From Candidatus Woesearchaeota archaeon (GTDB lineage Archaea > Nanobdellota > Nanobdellia > Woesearchaeales > GW2011-AR9), in NCBI GenBank assembly GCA_041665465.1, contig JBAYIU010000001.1, positions 1,213,873 through 1,277,872 on the forward strand: a stretch of DNA of 64,000 nt, in the 5' to 3' direction. The notes beneath the pieces are model-generated. The model saw only the letters and a program-made list of their open reading frames with translations, had not been told where the DNA came from and searched no databases. How positions within the stretch are numbered: position 1 is the stretch's first letter; each line of letters starts with the position of its first letter. Below are positions 53,361 through 62,942 of the stretch, piece after piece. The translations under genes were made by a program, and so were the position numbers.

Positions 53361-53996
53361 TTAAACCACATACTTTTCATGTTTCTCTGGAAGAGCATGG
53401 CCACTGCACAAACGATAAAGTGTTTCTTTTAATCCTGAGGTATATTTAGATTCAACTTTTCCGGATCCGATTAACAAACTCGTTAACCATTCTGAAACAT
53501 TATGGCTTGTGTTTAAAGTTATTTCCGTTACCTCTGGCTTTCGATTCATAATGTGAATATCACCGAACAAACTAACTAGACCAAGATAATCATCTTCTGG
53601 TTTTGGGGAAAGTTCTCTATTTAAGAACTCTTCTATCGAGTATCTCTCTATCCCTTCTTCTGGCCAAGCTAAACAACTTGGATTCTTGCCCATGTTTATT
53701 ACTCCGTAAGCTGCTCCTACTTTTTGTAATTCTAATAACAGTGGTCTTTCTTGTTCTCCTTTCGGATTATATTGTTTCAAACATTCATGACTTATTCTTA
53801 TTAGTTCCACTCCTGATGTACGAGAGATGGTCCATCTAAAACTTAAAGTCCCTTCATATCCGATATTCTTGTCGTCAGGCCAATCGTCAAAGTGAGCGAC
53901 AATTGCGTCATCTAAAGTAATCATTCCTTGATAAGGATCTGGTGTACCGTTCACGGGAGCAATGTCTCTTTCCATCGTAACTTTTAAGTTTGCCAT
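53361..53996 (-). CDS. hypothetical protein (211 aa)
   Basis: ORF only. Confidence 0.5.
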   Translation of the reverse strand: MANLKVTMERDIAPVNGTPDPYQGMITLDDAIVAHFDDWPDDKNIGYEGTLSFRWTISRTSGVELIRISHECLKQYNPKGEQERPLLLELQKVGAAYGVINMGKNPSCLAWPEEGIERYSIEEFLNRELSPKPEDDYLGLVSLFGDIHIMNRKPEVTEITLNTSHNVSEWLTSLLIGSGKVESKYTSGLKETLYRLCSGHALPEKHEKYVV

Positions 53997-54091
53997 AACC
54001 TTAATTTTTGGTTCATTATTTAAATAAATTATGGTAATTGAACCGCTAGTTAACAGAAACCTATAAATACCTCTAAACTATACTTTAGAGT

Positions 54092-54403
54092 ATGGTGATC
54101 GGTGAAACAGCAGTAAATGCTTCCTTGCAAGCGATAGAACTAGCTGATCCGTTCTTACAAAACTTCCAACCTTTATTTGTTAAGATTACTCTTCTGTTCG
54201 GAGGGTTGTTTGGGTTGTACCTCTTTATTCTGGCCATGAATCTTTATTATAACCGAAAGAAGGTTAAGGTGTTGAAAGATATCCGTTATGATCTTGATCA
54301 ACAAAATATACATAATGGTCTTAAGTATTCTCATCATCGTAAAAAAGGAGTAGTAAAGTGGTGGAAGAAAATTGCCCATCTGGTTAAGGGAGGATCAAAG
54401 TGA
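54092..54403 (+). CDS. small membrane protein with basic tail
   Basis: One long TM LFVKITLLFGGLFGLYLFILAM. Confidence 0.45.
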   Translation: MVIGETAVNASLQAIELADPFLQNFQPLFVKITLLFGGLFGLYLFILAMNLYYNRKKVKVLKDIRYDLDQQNIHNGLKYSHHRKKGVVKWWKKIAHLVKGGSK

Positions 54404-55089
54404 AAGTCTCAGTTTCTTCGGAAGTATTCCGGAAATTTAATCCTGATCTAAAAATAGCTTTAATTTACATTCAAGATTTTAATCCTAAGGAAAATCTACT
54501 TGAGTCACAGCATTTGTTGGGAGAAGGAGAAGAATTGGTAAAGCTAGAGTTTCATCCAGACACTTTAAAGAATCATGAACTTATCTCTCCTTGGGCAGCG
54601 GCTCAGCAGGAATTCGGGAAAGAAGCTCAACATTATCATACTTCAATAGAAAGATTGTTGCGACAAGTATTAAACCATAAATCTATCTCTACTAAGGATA
54701 CTTTAACCAATCTGTTACATTATCTCTCCTTAAAATATGTGGTTCCGATTGGTGTTGATGATGCTCAGAAGATTAACGGGGAGTTACATTTTGGAATTGC
54801 TCAAGGTAAGGAAAGAGCAGGATTGTTAGCGTTAGTCAAGAAAGGTGCTTTTTATTATCATGATCAAAAAGGAGTCTTGGGAACAAAATTTGATTATTGG
54901 AAAGGTTCTCGAACTGAAGTAACTCCTAAAACCACTTCTGCTTTAATTCATGTTGAAGCGGTTCCTCCTTTAGGAAGTAAAGAACTTAACTTATTATTAA
55001 CCGAGATTAAAGCTTTAATTATTTCTTTCTGTGGAGGAAAGATTAAAGTAGTTGTGTTAGACAAGAAAAAGAGTTCTGCTGTTCTTTGA
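54400..55089 (+). CDS. B3/B4 tRNA-binding-domain-like protein
   Basis: N-terminus MKVSVSSEVFRKFNPDLKIALIYIQDF resembles stand-alone B3/4 domain proteins; GTG start after gggagga SD-like. Confidence 0.5.
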   Translation: MKVSVSSEVFRKFNPDLKIALIYIQDFNPKENLLESQHLLGEGEELVKLEFHPDTLKNHELISPWAAAQQEFGKEAQHYHTSIERLLRQVLNHKSISTKDTLTNLLHYLSLKYVVPIGVDDAQKINGELHFGIAQGKERAGLLALVKKGAFYYHDQKGVLGTKFDYWKGSRTEVTPKTTSALIHVEAVPPLGSKELNLLLTEIKALIISFCGGKIKVVVLDKKKSSAVL

Positions 55090-55806
55090 TTAGGGAACAT
55101 ACCTTATTATACTAAGAGGAAGGTCGCCAGTTTTAACTCTAATTTCTGTTCCTCCGTTACGCATACCGGAGATGATACAGGCATTAAGATAAGCTTTCCT
55201 TAATGCAAGGGTGTTAACTTCTTCTGCCGCACATCCTAGTGGAGGTGTGATAGTTATAGTGGTTCTTCTTTTGGGCATCTCTAGTCCCATTAAGGTTATT
55301 TCTTCTCCACCGTAAGTGGTGGGAAGAAGATATACCTCTGAAGGAAGAGGGTCTTGAATTCCTGTTGGAGAATAAAGTGAAGGAGGAGTTAATCGATGAT
55401 CTGGGTTGGTCCATCTATCAGAAAATAATAAGGCGTTTATCCCTCCTGCTCGTAATTGGTTAACTGTTCTGGTGGGAGCATTTAAACCAATTAAAAATCC
55501 TTCTCCGGAATCATCAATCGAAGGAACGAAATAAACCTCTCCCCCTAACGATGGAAGATTGGGATTATCTCGTAATCCCTGTAAAGCATTTGAGTTCCAC
55601 CAACTTGGGAAGGTGGGTAAGGATTTTTCCTGTTCCATAAAAATAGAGGGATTAGGATCAATTTGTTCTACTCTATTTTCTAATACTGCTTCTTTTTCTG
55701 GTGATGCAACTACAACTTCATCTTCAATTCTTGCAGGGCCGCCACATCCAGATATGGTTAAAGCTGAAAGAAAAGCTAAAGTGTGATATAATATTCTTAA
55801 TTTCAT
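55090..55806 (-). CDS. lipoprotein-like secreted protein
   Basis: Signal + lipobox-like LSALTISGCGG. Confidence 0.5.
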   Translation of the reverse strand: MKLRILYHTLAFLSALTISGCGGPARIEDEVVVASPEKEAVLENRVEQIDPNPSIFMEQEKSLPTFPSWWNSNALQGLRDNPNLPSLGGEVYFVPSIDDSGEGFLIGLNAPTRTVNQLRAGGINALLFSDRWTNPDHRLTPPSLYSPTGIQDPLPSEVYLLPTTYGGEEITLMGLEMPKRRTTITITPPLGCAAEEVNTLALRKAYLNACIISGMRNGGTEIRVKTGDLPLSIIRYVP

Positions 55807-55892
55807 CTCTTTTCCTGAAGACCCGTACTATTTAATAATTTCTCTATTTCAACCGTTATTTATTTAAACTTAGTATTAATCTCAAGATTAAA

Positions 55893-57575
55893 ATGGACTT
55901 TAAACAAGAATTGATTCACCTCTTATCACAAGAGACTAAAATACCCGAAACAGAGTTCACTACCTTAATCACTATTCCTCCTGATCCGAAAATGGGAGAT
56001 TATGCTTTTCCTTGTTTTAAGTTAGGGGGAAACCCTAAAGAAGCTGCAGAGAAATTAAAAGCTAAATTAAAATTGCCTGAGTTTATAGAAAGAGTAGAAG
56101 TATTGGGTCCTTATTTGAACTTTTATCTGAATAAAGAAGTTCTAACTAAACAAACTTTAACTAACGTACATAACCAAAAAAATAAGTATGGTCAAGGAAC
56201 TCAGAATAAAGTTATGGTGGTAGAGTTTTGTAGTCCTAACACCAATAAACCTTTGCACCTTGGTCATGTGCGTAACATGGCTTTAGGCGATGCCATGTGT
56301 AACCTTATCTCTTTTCAGGGGAATAACGTTCATCCAGTAGAGATTGTTAATGATCGGGGAGTGCACATATGTAAATCTATGCTCGCATATCAGCGTTGGG
56401 GAAATAAAAAACAACCTGATAAAAAGACAGATCATTTTGTTGGTGACTATTATGTCTTGTTCGCTCAGAAAGCTAAGGAAAATCCAGAACTGGAAAAGGA
56501 AGCGCAAGAGATGTTAATTAAGTGGGAACAAGGAGATAAAGAAGTTAAAGCTTTGTGGAAGAAGATGAACACTTGGGTCTTAGATGGGTTTAAACAGACT
56601 TATGCTCGGTTTGGAATTAACTTTGAGAAGGAATATTACGAATCAGAATTTTATGTGCACGGAAAAGAGATTGCTCAAGAAGGATTAACGAAAGGGATAT
56701 TTTTTAATGATGAAACCGGAGCAGTAATGGTAGACTTAGAAAAGTATGGGATGGGAAAAAAGGTAGTATTACGTGCTGACGGAACGTCTATTTATTTCAC
56801 TCAAGATTTATACTTAGCAGAGTTAAGACAACGAGATTACAATTTTAATCAACTATTGTATGTAGTAGCTAATGAACAGAATTTACATTTCAAACAGTTG
56901 TTTAAGGTTTTAGAATTGTTAGGACGAGATTATGCTAAAAACCTGTGTCATTTAAGTTATGGAATGGTTAACCTGCCAACTGGAAAAATGAAATCCAGGG
57001 AAGGTACAGTAGTTGATGCAGACGATATTCTAAATGAACTATCTGCTTTAGCTGAACAAGAAGTGTTAAAGAGATATGAACATTTACCCACAGAAGAAGT
57101 TAAAAAACGAGGCGAGTTTATTGCTTTAGGAGCAATAAAATTCTTTATGCTCAAGACTGACGCAGTTAAGGACATGATTTTTAATCCTCAAGAATCAATT
57201 AGTTTTGAAGGAGAAACTGGTCCTTATATTCAGTATACTCATGCTCGTGCTTGTAGTATTCTAAGAAAAGCACCAAATGCTTCTGTTAAAGTAGATTATT
57301 CTTTATTGAAAGAGAAAGAGGAGCAAGCTTTGGTAAGGTTAATATATAATTTCCCTGAACTGGCGGGTAAGGCAGCAGAACAACATAAACCCCATTTGAT
57401 TACTAATTATTTGATGAGTTTAAGTCAAGCTTTTAATGAGTTTTATCATGCTCATCAAGTTATCACCGAAGACAAAGAATTAATGTCTGCTCGCTTGTTA
57501 TTAGTTGATTCTGTCAGACAAGTTCTAGAAAACGGACTGAACTTGTTAGGAATCCATGCTCCAGAAGAGATGTGA
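55893..57575 (+). CDS. argS: arginine--tRNA ligase
   Basis: Class I HIGH variant PLHLGHVRN, N-terminal Arg_tRNA_synt_N-like region, C-terminal DALR-type anticodon-binding helices; 560 aa. Confidence 0.9.
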   Translation: MDFKQELIHLLSQETKIPETEFTTLITIPPDPKMGDYAFPCFKLGGNPKEAAEKLKAKLKLPEFIERVEVLGPYLNFYLNKEVLTKQTLTNVHNQKNKYGQGTQNKVMVVEFCSPNTNKPLHLGHVRNMALGDAMCNLISFQGNNVHPVEIVNDRGVHICKSMLAYQRWGNKKQPDKKTDHFVGDYYVLFAQKAKENPELEKEAQEMLIKWEQGDKEVKALWKKMNTWVLDGFKQTYARFGINFEKEYYESEFYVHGKEIAQEGLTKGIFFNDETGAVMVDLEKYGMGKKVVLRADGTSIYFTQDLYLAELRQRDYNFNQLLYVVANEQNLHFKQLFKVLELLGRDYAKNLCHLSYGMVNLPTGKMKSREGTVVDADDILNELSALAEQEVLKRYEHLPTEEVKKRGEFIALGAIKFFMLKTDAVKDMIFNPQESISFEGETGPYIQYTHARACSILRKAPNASVKVDYSLLKEKEEQALVRLIYNFPELAGKAAEQHKPHLITNYLMSLSQAFNEFYHAHQVITEDKELMSARLLLVDSVRQVLENGLNLLGIHAPEEM

Positions 57576-57582
57576 GTTTAAG

Positions 57583-58119
57583 ATGGGGATTTACTTTATT
57601 ACTGGTAATAGAAACAAGCTTGAGGAGGTAAAAAGCATTTTTCCTGAAGTCGAATCCTTATCTTTAGATTTACCTGAAATTCAAGAATTAAATGCTGAAA
57701 GAATAATCGAAGAAAAATTAAAAGAAGCGAGCAAATTTCATTCTGGAGAATTGTTCTGCGAAGATACTTCTTTGTACATTAATTGTCTTAACGGATTGCC
57801 TGGTCCACTAATAAAATGGTTCCTGCAGAGTTTAGGCAATCAAGGAATTTATGATTTGGTTAAATCCCACTCTGATCTTAGGGCTACCGCTAAAACCGTA
57901 ATTGGTTATGCCGGAAAAGGGAAAATAAGGTTTTTCTCGGGGGAGGTTCAAGGAAGTATCGTAGAACCGCGCGGGAAAACTCAGTTTGGTTGGGATCCTC
58001 TGTTCCAGCCAAACGGACACATTAAGACTTTTGCTGAAATGAGTAGAGAAGAAAAGAATGAAATTAGTATGCGTCGAGAAGCTCTGGAAAAGTTGAAAGA
58101 ATATTTAGAAAAAGATTAA
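57583..58119 (+). CDS. non-canonical purine NTP pyrophosphatase (RdgB/HAM1 family)
   Basis: FITGNRNKLEE, EDTSL, GLPGPLIKW, FGWDPLF; ATG 57583 preferred over the track start. Confidence 0.85.
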   Translation: MGIYFITGNRNKLEEVKSIFPEVESLSLDLPEIQELNAERIIEEKLKEASKFHSGELFCEDTSLYINCLNGLPGPLIKWFLQSLGNQGIYDLVKSHSDLRATAKTVIGYAGKGKIRFFSGEVQGSIVEPRGKTQFGWDPLFQPNGHIKTFAEMSREEKNEISMRREALEKLKEYLEKD

Positions 58120-58824
58120 TTATTGTAATCTTGGAACAGTTGTATGAAATTCTACGGTTAAATCTAAATGCGGAATGTGCTTAGTTCCTTCCACGTAATA
58201 CGCTCCTCCAACAAAGAGGTGGTCTTTTTCATCTTTGATATAAAGAGAAGCAAATAAATCTTTTCCTAACTTTCCTTTACTAGATCCCACTTGCCATTGA
58301 GAATAATCAACATTAGCAATTAAAGTTCTTCCATCATTATTTATAACTTTCTGATCCCCCCTGATTAAACCTCTCTCGCGAAGCACTTCAGTCAGACTCC
58401 AATCATTGTTGTTCATGTAATCATAATAGTTCTTTCTTTCTAGTTGTCCAATCTGTCCACAAATAGTATATACTCTAGGATAGATCAGTCCCCAATCGAA
58501 GGCTTCTTGTTCGGTTAAAACGTCTCCCATATGATAATGAATATCATCAATCTCCAACCCCGCTGGTCGAAATGGATCTGCAGAAACTATTGTTCCTTCG
58601 ACTTTTCTCCAACAATAGTTTAAGATAGGATTATATTCTCCTCTCAAGGCATGTTCCTGAGCGTAATGTAATCTTTCGCTAAGGTCCATTGCTCTCAATG
58701 TGTCTAAATTAGCTGCGTTTCGATCTTGTAAAAGCAATCCCATTCTTTCAGTATTCTCAGTACAGTTTATAGAACAACTCTCTACAACCATTACGTATGG
58801 CTTAATTAGTCCTGGGAATTCCAT
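58120..58824 (-). CDS. hypothetical protein (234 aa)
   Basis: ORF only. Confidence 0.5.
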   Translation of the reverse strand: MEFPGLIKPYVMVVESCSINCTENTERMGLLLQDRNAANLDTLRAMDLSERLHYAQEHALRGEYNPILNYCWRKVEGTIVSADPFRPAGLEIDDIHYHMGDVLTEQEAFDWGLIYPRVYTICGQIGQLERKNYYDYMNNNDWSLTEVLRERGLIRGDQKVINNDGRTLIANVDYSQWQVGSSKGKLGKDLFASLYIKDEKDHLFVGGAYYVEGTKHIPHLDLTVEFHTTVPRLQ

Positions 58825-58926
58825 TTGCTCTGATTTAGGAAGGATATTTATAAACTTTTTGTTATTTAAGAGTAGTGTCTACATTCAAACACAAATTATT
58901 TAAATCCTTCTTGTTCAAAAAGGGTT

Positions 58927-59388
58927 ATGGCTCTCTTATGCATTCTTTGTCAACTTAACGGTGGGTGTATGGGCTGTTGTGGACATAGTTTCCTTTCCAA
59001 AAAGAAAGTTATCGAAGCAATTGAAGCTAACACTCAAGAGTTTCGGTTCTTACATCCACAAACTAGAGAAGAGTTATTAAATTTTAGAGATCGTTTCCCT
59101 AAAATCGCTTTACGTAACGGAGTTTGTTACAACCTAATTCGCAAAAACGGTCAACTGTTATGTCCGCTGCATCCGTTACAAAATCAAGGTAAAGATTTGA
59201 GAGAAGGACATTGTGAGGTTGATCATCTTTGTAATACTGCAGTTCAGTTTAATTCTTGGAATTCTGATCTGCAAAAGAAGTTTTTAGAATGGATTGGACT
59301 AAAAAAGCTGGACAATGTGGATTATTCTTTAGGGATGGAAGACAATTATTGGCTGATAGAATTTCTTAAGTCTTACAAAAATATATAA
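58927..59388 (+). CDS. Cys-rich protein, possibly YkgJ/UPF0153-like
   Basis: CILCQLNGGCMGCCGH and LLCPLHP resemble 19502-19903. Confidence 0.4.
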   Translation: MALLCILCQLNGGCMGCCGHSFLSKKKVIEAIEANTQEFRFLHPQTREELLNFRDRFPKIALRNGVCYNLIRKNGQLLCPLHPLQNQGKDLREGHCEVDHLCNTAVQFNSWNSDLQKKFLEWIGLKKLDNVDYSLGMEDNYWLIEFLKSYKNI

Positions 59389-59410
59389 AGAAGTAAATTA
59401 TCCCCCTTTT

Positions 59411-60004
59411 ATGGCAGAAAAAGAGGGGAAGAATGGTAATGGTCTTACTGCGTATGAGTTTGGTAAGATTGGAGTCACTAGATCTGCACATAAAACAGAA
59501 GTAAGTTTATGGCTAGATTCTTATGGAGACATATTTTCTGATTTTGATTCCAGGCCTTTATCTCAACGAGCCATGTCTCAAGATTTCTTAGATGAAGCTC
59601 GAAGAGCTACTCAGGATCTTATTTCTGAATCATTCTCATTCAGGTTGTTAATGCCAGATAAACTTCGTAATCTTAACGATGAAAAGACTATCCGCAAAAG
59701 ATTAAAAGATCATTTTCAAAAACATTATAAGTTGTTAGAAAAAGAGCAGAAAGGGATTGTAAAAAGGGGAGCAGCCTTATCTATTTTAGGGTTTATCTTA
59801 ATGGTGGGAGCAGCTTTGATCTCTCATTATACTTTAGACGGTTTCTGGTATACTCTACTAATTATCTTCTGTGAACCGGCAGGTTGGTTTACCTTATGGT
59901 GGGGTTTAGATCATATCTTTTATTTTGGGAAAGCTAAGAAACCCGATTATTTGTTTTATGAACGGATGAATAATCATGCTGAAGTTAATTTTGGGAGTTA
60001 TTAG
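59411..60004 (+). CDS. hypothetical membrane protein
   Basis: Two C-terminal TMs. Confidence 0.45.
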   Translation: MAEKEGKNGNGLTAYEFGKIGVTRSAHKTEVSLWLDSYGDIFSDFDSRPLSQRAMSQDFLDEARRATQDLISESFSFRLLMPDKLRNLNDEKTIRKRLKDHFQKHYKLLEKEQKGIVKRGAALSILGFILMVGAALISHYTLDGFWYTLLIIFCEPAGWFTLWWGLDHIFYFGKAKKPDYLFYERMNNHAEVNFGSY

Positions 60005-60007
60005 AGG

Positions 60008-60721
60008 TTAAATCATCTTCCACATATTTTGAAAGTAATCTTGATAGATTTTGACTAATTGTTTTGACTGGATCAAATAGCCCATGGGCTTATCTTCCCA
60101 AGTGAAGAAACATATCTTGTCTTTACATAGGCTGATGTTTGAAGGTACCGGCATAGAAGTATATCTCATCTGAAGATATCTTCTTTCATTAAACCATTTT
60201 TGTTCATTTTTGGGAGCGATTCCTTTTACCCCTAATCCTTTTTCTTTTCTCTTAAGATCATAATTTAAGAAGAATTTTTGAATTTCTTCATTCTGTTCTG
60301 GAACGTTGATAGCGAAGAAAAGATATTCTTCGCCTTTTTTAGTATTATCAATTAAGATATTAAGCATAGAAATAATCCCCTTTGTTCCTTCAAAGATTTC
60401 TGCTTCTTGTTTATCTTCGGCTAGTTTCTGCTTGAGTTCTAATTCAGGCAATATTTGTTTTAATTTATTTTTCTTTTCATCAATAAAATCAATTAGTTGT
60501 TTTGGCGGAACGGCTTGATAGTGTTTGATCTTTCCCTTTTTGATATGGGTGATTAGTCCTTTATCCATCAGTGAATTAACTGAATTGTGTACGGCAGAGC
60601 TGGCCATGCCAGATTTCTCAATAATAGTTCCAACTTTAGTCGAGCCGGTTTCTAAAAGGGTGAGATAAACCCTAATCTCTCCCTGGCTTAATCCAAGGTT
60701 CTCTAAGATGGAAGTATCCAT
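60008..60721 (-). CDS. TrmB-family transcriptional regulator
   Basis: LGLSQGEIRVYLTLLETGSTKVGTIIEKSGMASSAVHNSVNSLMDKGLI. Confidence 0.8.
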   Translation of the reverse strand: MDTSILENLGLSQGEIRVYLTLLETGSTKVGTIIEKSGMASSAVHNSVNSLMDKGLITHIKKGKIKHYQAVPPKQLIDFIDEKKNKLKQILPELELKQKLAEDKQEAEIFEGTKGIISMLNILIDNTKKGEEYLFFAINVPEQNEEIQKFFLNYDLKRKEKGLGVKGIAPKNEQKWFNERRYLQMRYTSMPVPSNISLCKDKICFFTWEDKPMGYLIQSKQLVKIYQDYFQNMWKMI

Positions 60722-60842
60722 AATTATTGTTAGTCCCTGCCTCTATTTAAGCTTTTCTAATTAACTCTCTAAATTTGGAGAGTTAGTACTTAAATACTGC
60801 TCTAACGCTTTAGGTTAATATAAAAATTAAAGGTGATGAAAA

Positions 60843-61130
60843 ATGGAAATTAGAAATATAATTTTAGCAGGAATCTGTGTGATGGTAGCGGGGTGCATGG
60901 ATAAGGATAAACCAAGAGATATTCCTTACTTATACGGCCAACAATATTCACCTCCCGTTAATTATTGTATCAAAGAAGAAAACGAAAGAATTTGTTTTAG
61001 TGATGAAGTTCCTTATGGCTCTTTAGATCTTGTTATGGAAGGGGACAAGAAGATACTCCCTGGATGGACAGGATTTCAGCAATACAATGAGAAATGGGAA
61101 AAGAAGGTTAAACCGTTGTATCTGGAATGA
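60843..61130 (+). CDS. small lipoprotein-like protein
   Basis: LAGICVMVAGCMDK lipobox-like. Confidence 0.45.
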   Translation: MEIRNIILAGICVMVAGCMDKDKPRDIPYLYGQQYSPPVNYCIKEENERICFSDEVPYGSLDLVMEGDKKILPGWTGFQQYNEKWEKKVKPLYLE

Positions 61131-61311
61131 TCTTATGTTAATATCTTAACTGAAGATACTCCCTATTACTCCTTTAGTTAACTCATTAACATGAGCTTCT
61201 GGCGGGTATATTTCACTTTCCACAACTCCAGCATTTCTTGTATTTCTTTACCTTTCTTCAAAGAAACTAAGAAAGCGTTGTTTGAAACAATTTCTCCTCC
61301 AAACTTCTTTA

Positions 61312-62055
61312 CTAATCCTTTTGGAACAACTTCACATGATCCTGTCCAAAACTCTCCATCATTCTTACACCTTTAGGTAATCGCGGGGAATCCTTTTCTG
61401 AATGAACAAACATCAACCTTGCTCCGGAATGAGCATATTCTGCAAAGAATCTTAGAATATTATCTAATCGCTCCACCTGAAAGTGATAGAATAGGTCTAC
61501 TTCCGGAGGAGTTATTCCTAATGTTACATAAGGGTCTTGATCTGGTAGTTGAAGAAGGTGTTCATTTATTCTATCTCTGAAACCATCATGTCTTACGGAA
61601 GTTTTAACCTTAAACTCTTTTGGAAAGAAATTCCCCCAAGCAATTTTAGTCCTGCCCGTCGGAATTATGCCTTTCTTCTCAGCCATTTCTACAATATCAC
61701 CACTTGCTTCATAACACTCTTGATCCATATCTATTCCATAGGTTTTAAACCCGATATTTGCAGCGTTCCATAATATGTTTCCAATTGAAGAACCTAAGTC
61801 AAGGAAAGAAGTCTCTTCTAAAGGTTTTTCTGTAACTAAATGATCTGCTAGACAGTAAAGACATGCTCTGAACCAAGCATAAGTTTTTCCGTGAATCCCT
61901 GATTTGCTCCAAATCATCCCTCCATTATCAATTACATCTTGGCGTATCCTTTCTTTGGTTATTATTTTCTCAAAAATTCTTTCATCTAATGCTTTTGTTG
62001 CTTCGTAGTATTCTCTATGTCGAGCATTACAAAGATATCCTTCTGGTTGAGCCAT
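61312..62055 (-). CDS. SAM-dependent methyltransferase with Dot1-like motif I
   Basis: FLDLGSSIGNILWNAA..YGID..WGNFF compared from memory with Dot1 F(V)DLGSGVGQ..YG(V)E..GDF. Confidence 0.5.
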   Translation of the reverse strand: MAQPEGYLCNARHREYYEATKALDERIFEKIITKERIRQDVIDNGGMIWSKSGIHGKTYAWFRACLYCLADHLVTEKPLEETSFLDLGSSIGNILWNAANIGFKTYGIDMDQECYEASGDIVEMAEKKGIIPTGRTKIAWGNFFPKEFKVKTSVRHDGFRDRINEHLLQLPDQDPYVTLGITPPEVDLFYHFQVERLDNILRFFAEYAHSGARLMFVHSEKDSPRLPKGVRMMESFGQDHVKLFQKD

Positions 62056-62096
62056 GTTTTAAATCAACACCTAAGAAACCTCAAAAATAAATAAAG

Positions 62097-62227
62097 CGGG
62101 CCTACGGGGACTTTCGTTCAATTGCTTGCTTTCGAACCCCGATTTAACGGTATCTTGCAAGCACCTGCTCATCTCATAGCTAGTACTTGACCGAAGCCGT
62201 TTGTTCTATCCATTATACTATAGGCCC
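62097..62227 (-). tRNA. intron-containing tRNA, probably tRNA-Arg(UCG), with anticodon-loop (about 39 nt) and T-loop (about 20 nt) introns
   Basis: Acceptor GGGCCTA/TAGGCCC + G73; T-arm CGGGG-TTCGAA[..]T-CCCCG; anticodon stem AACGG/CCGTT with CTTCGG..A. Confidence 0.6.
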
Positions 62228-62250
62228 ACACCCATACAAAACTTAAAGCT

Positions 62251-62260
62251 ATTTTTAAAC
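62251..62260 (-). promoter_or_regulatory. TATA-like box for the tRNA at 62097-62227
   Basis: gtttaaaaat on minus strand 24-33 nt upstream of the 5' end. Confidence 0.4.
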
Positions 62261-62300
62261 TTATCTCGAACCTAGAAAGAATATAAGAATAAATAAAAAA

Positions 62301-62744
62301 TTAGAAAGAAGTGATTATTTCTGCAGCTCCGTGCTTACTAATGTAATCTCTTAATACCTCTTCAACCTTTAAAACTTTAAGGACCTTAGCATAAGTTTCT
62401 CCTAACGCATTACGAGTATCGGTGATTTGACTTGGTTGAGGAGTTCCCCACACTAGGACTCTTTCTTCCGGTTTTAATTGATAATCTAAAGCTAAAGTTG
62501 GTTCTGTTCCTTTAGAAGTATCAGATACTTTTGCCTCTAGAAAAGTGTTTCTTTCTTTACAAAAATAGAATCTTCCTCCCTCTTTAACGATTGTAACTTG
62601 TTCTAATACTTTTTCTCTACCTTCAACTAATGAACAAGTAGGACGATAATTAATACTTCTTCCGTCAACTGATCCCTCAATCTGCGGACCATTCATTTTA
62701 GCATACCTTTCTACTAATTGTGTTAATTCCATCTGTGTTGTCAT
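62301..62744 (-). CDS. hypothetical protein (147 aa)
   Basis: ORF only. Confidence 0.5.
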   Translation of the reverse strand: MTTQMELTQLVERYAKMNGPQIEGSVDGRSINYRPTCSLVEGREKVLEQVTIVKEGGRFYFCKERNTFLEAKVSDTSKGTEPTLALDYQLKPEERVLVWGTPQPSQITDTRNALGETYAKVLKVLKVEEVLRDYISKHGAAEIITSF

Positions 62745-62942
62745 TTTTTCCTTCCCCTATTTTCCTCCTATGTGCCTTTAAATAGAAGAGTTATAAAAGA
62801 ATTATCCTTCCAGAAACATTAATTATAATAACCCCTAAAGAATAAATCTTACTTTGGATGGTTATCTTACTGCATTTTTAACAACAAAAAGTTTATATCC
62901 TCTTGACTTATTTATAAGTAATCGTTTAAAGAGGTTGATTTC

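Noticed and set aside
62097-62227. Alternative reading of this tRNA as tRNA-Cys(GCA), using stem GGTGC/ATACC and loop TTGCAAG
   Set aside because: That stem has a C-A mismatch and leaves no room for the variable loop or D-arm. The AACGG/CCGTT stem with CTTCGG..A gives a full-length cloverleaf (Arg-UCG). The identity remains uncertain.
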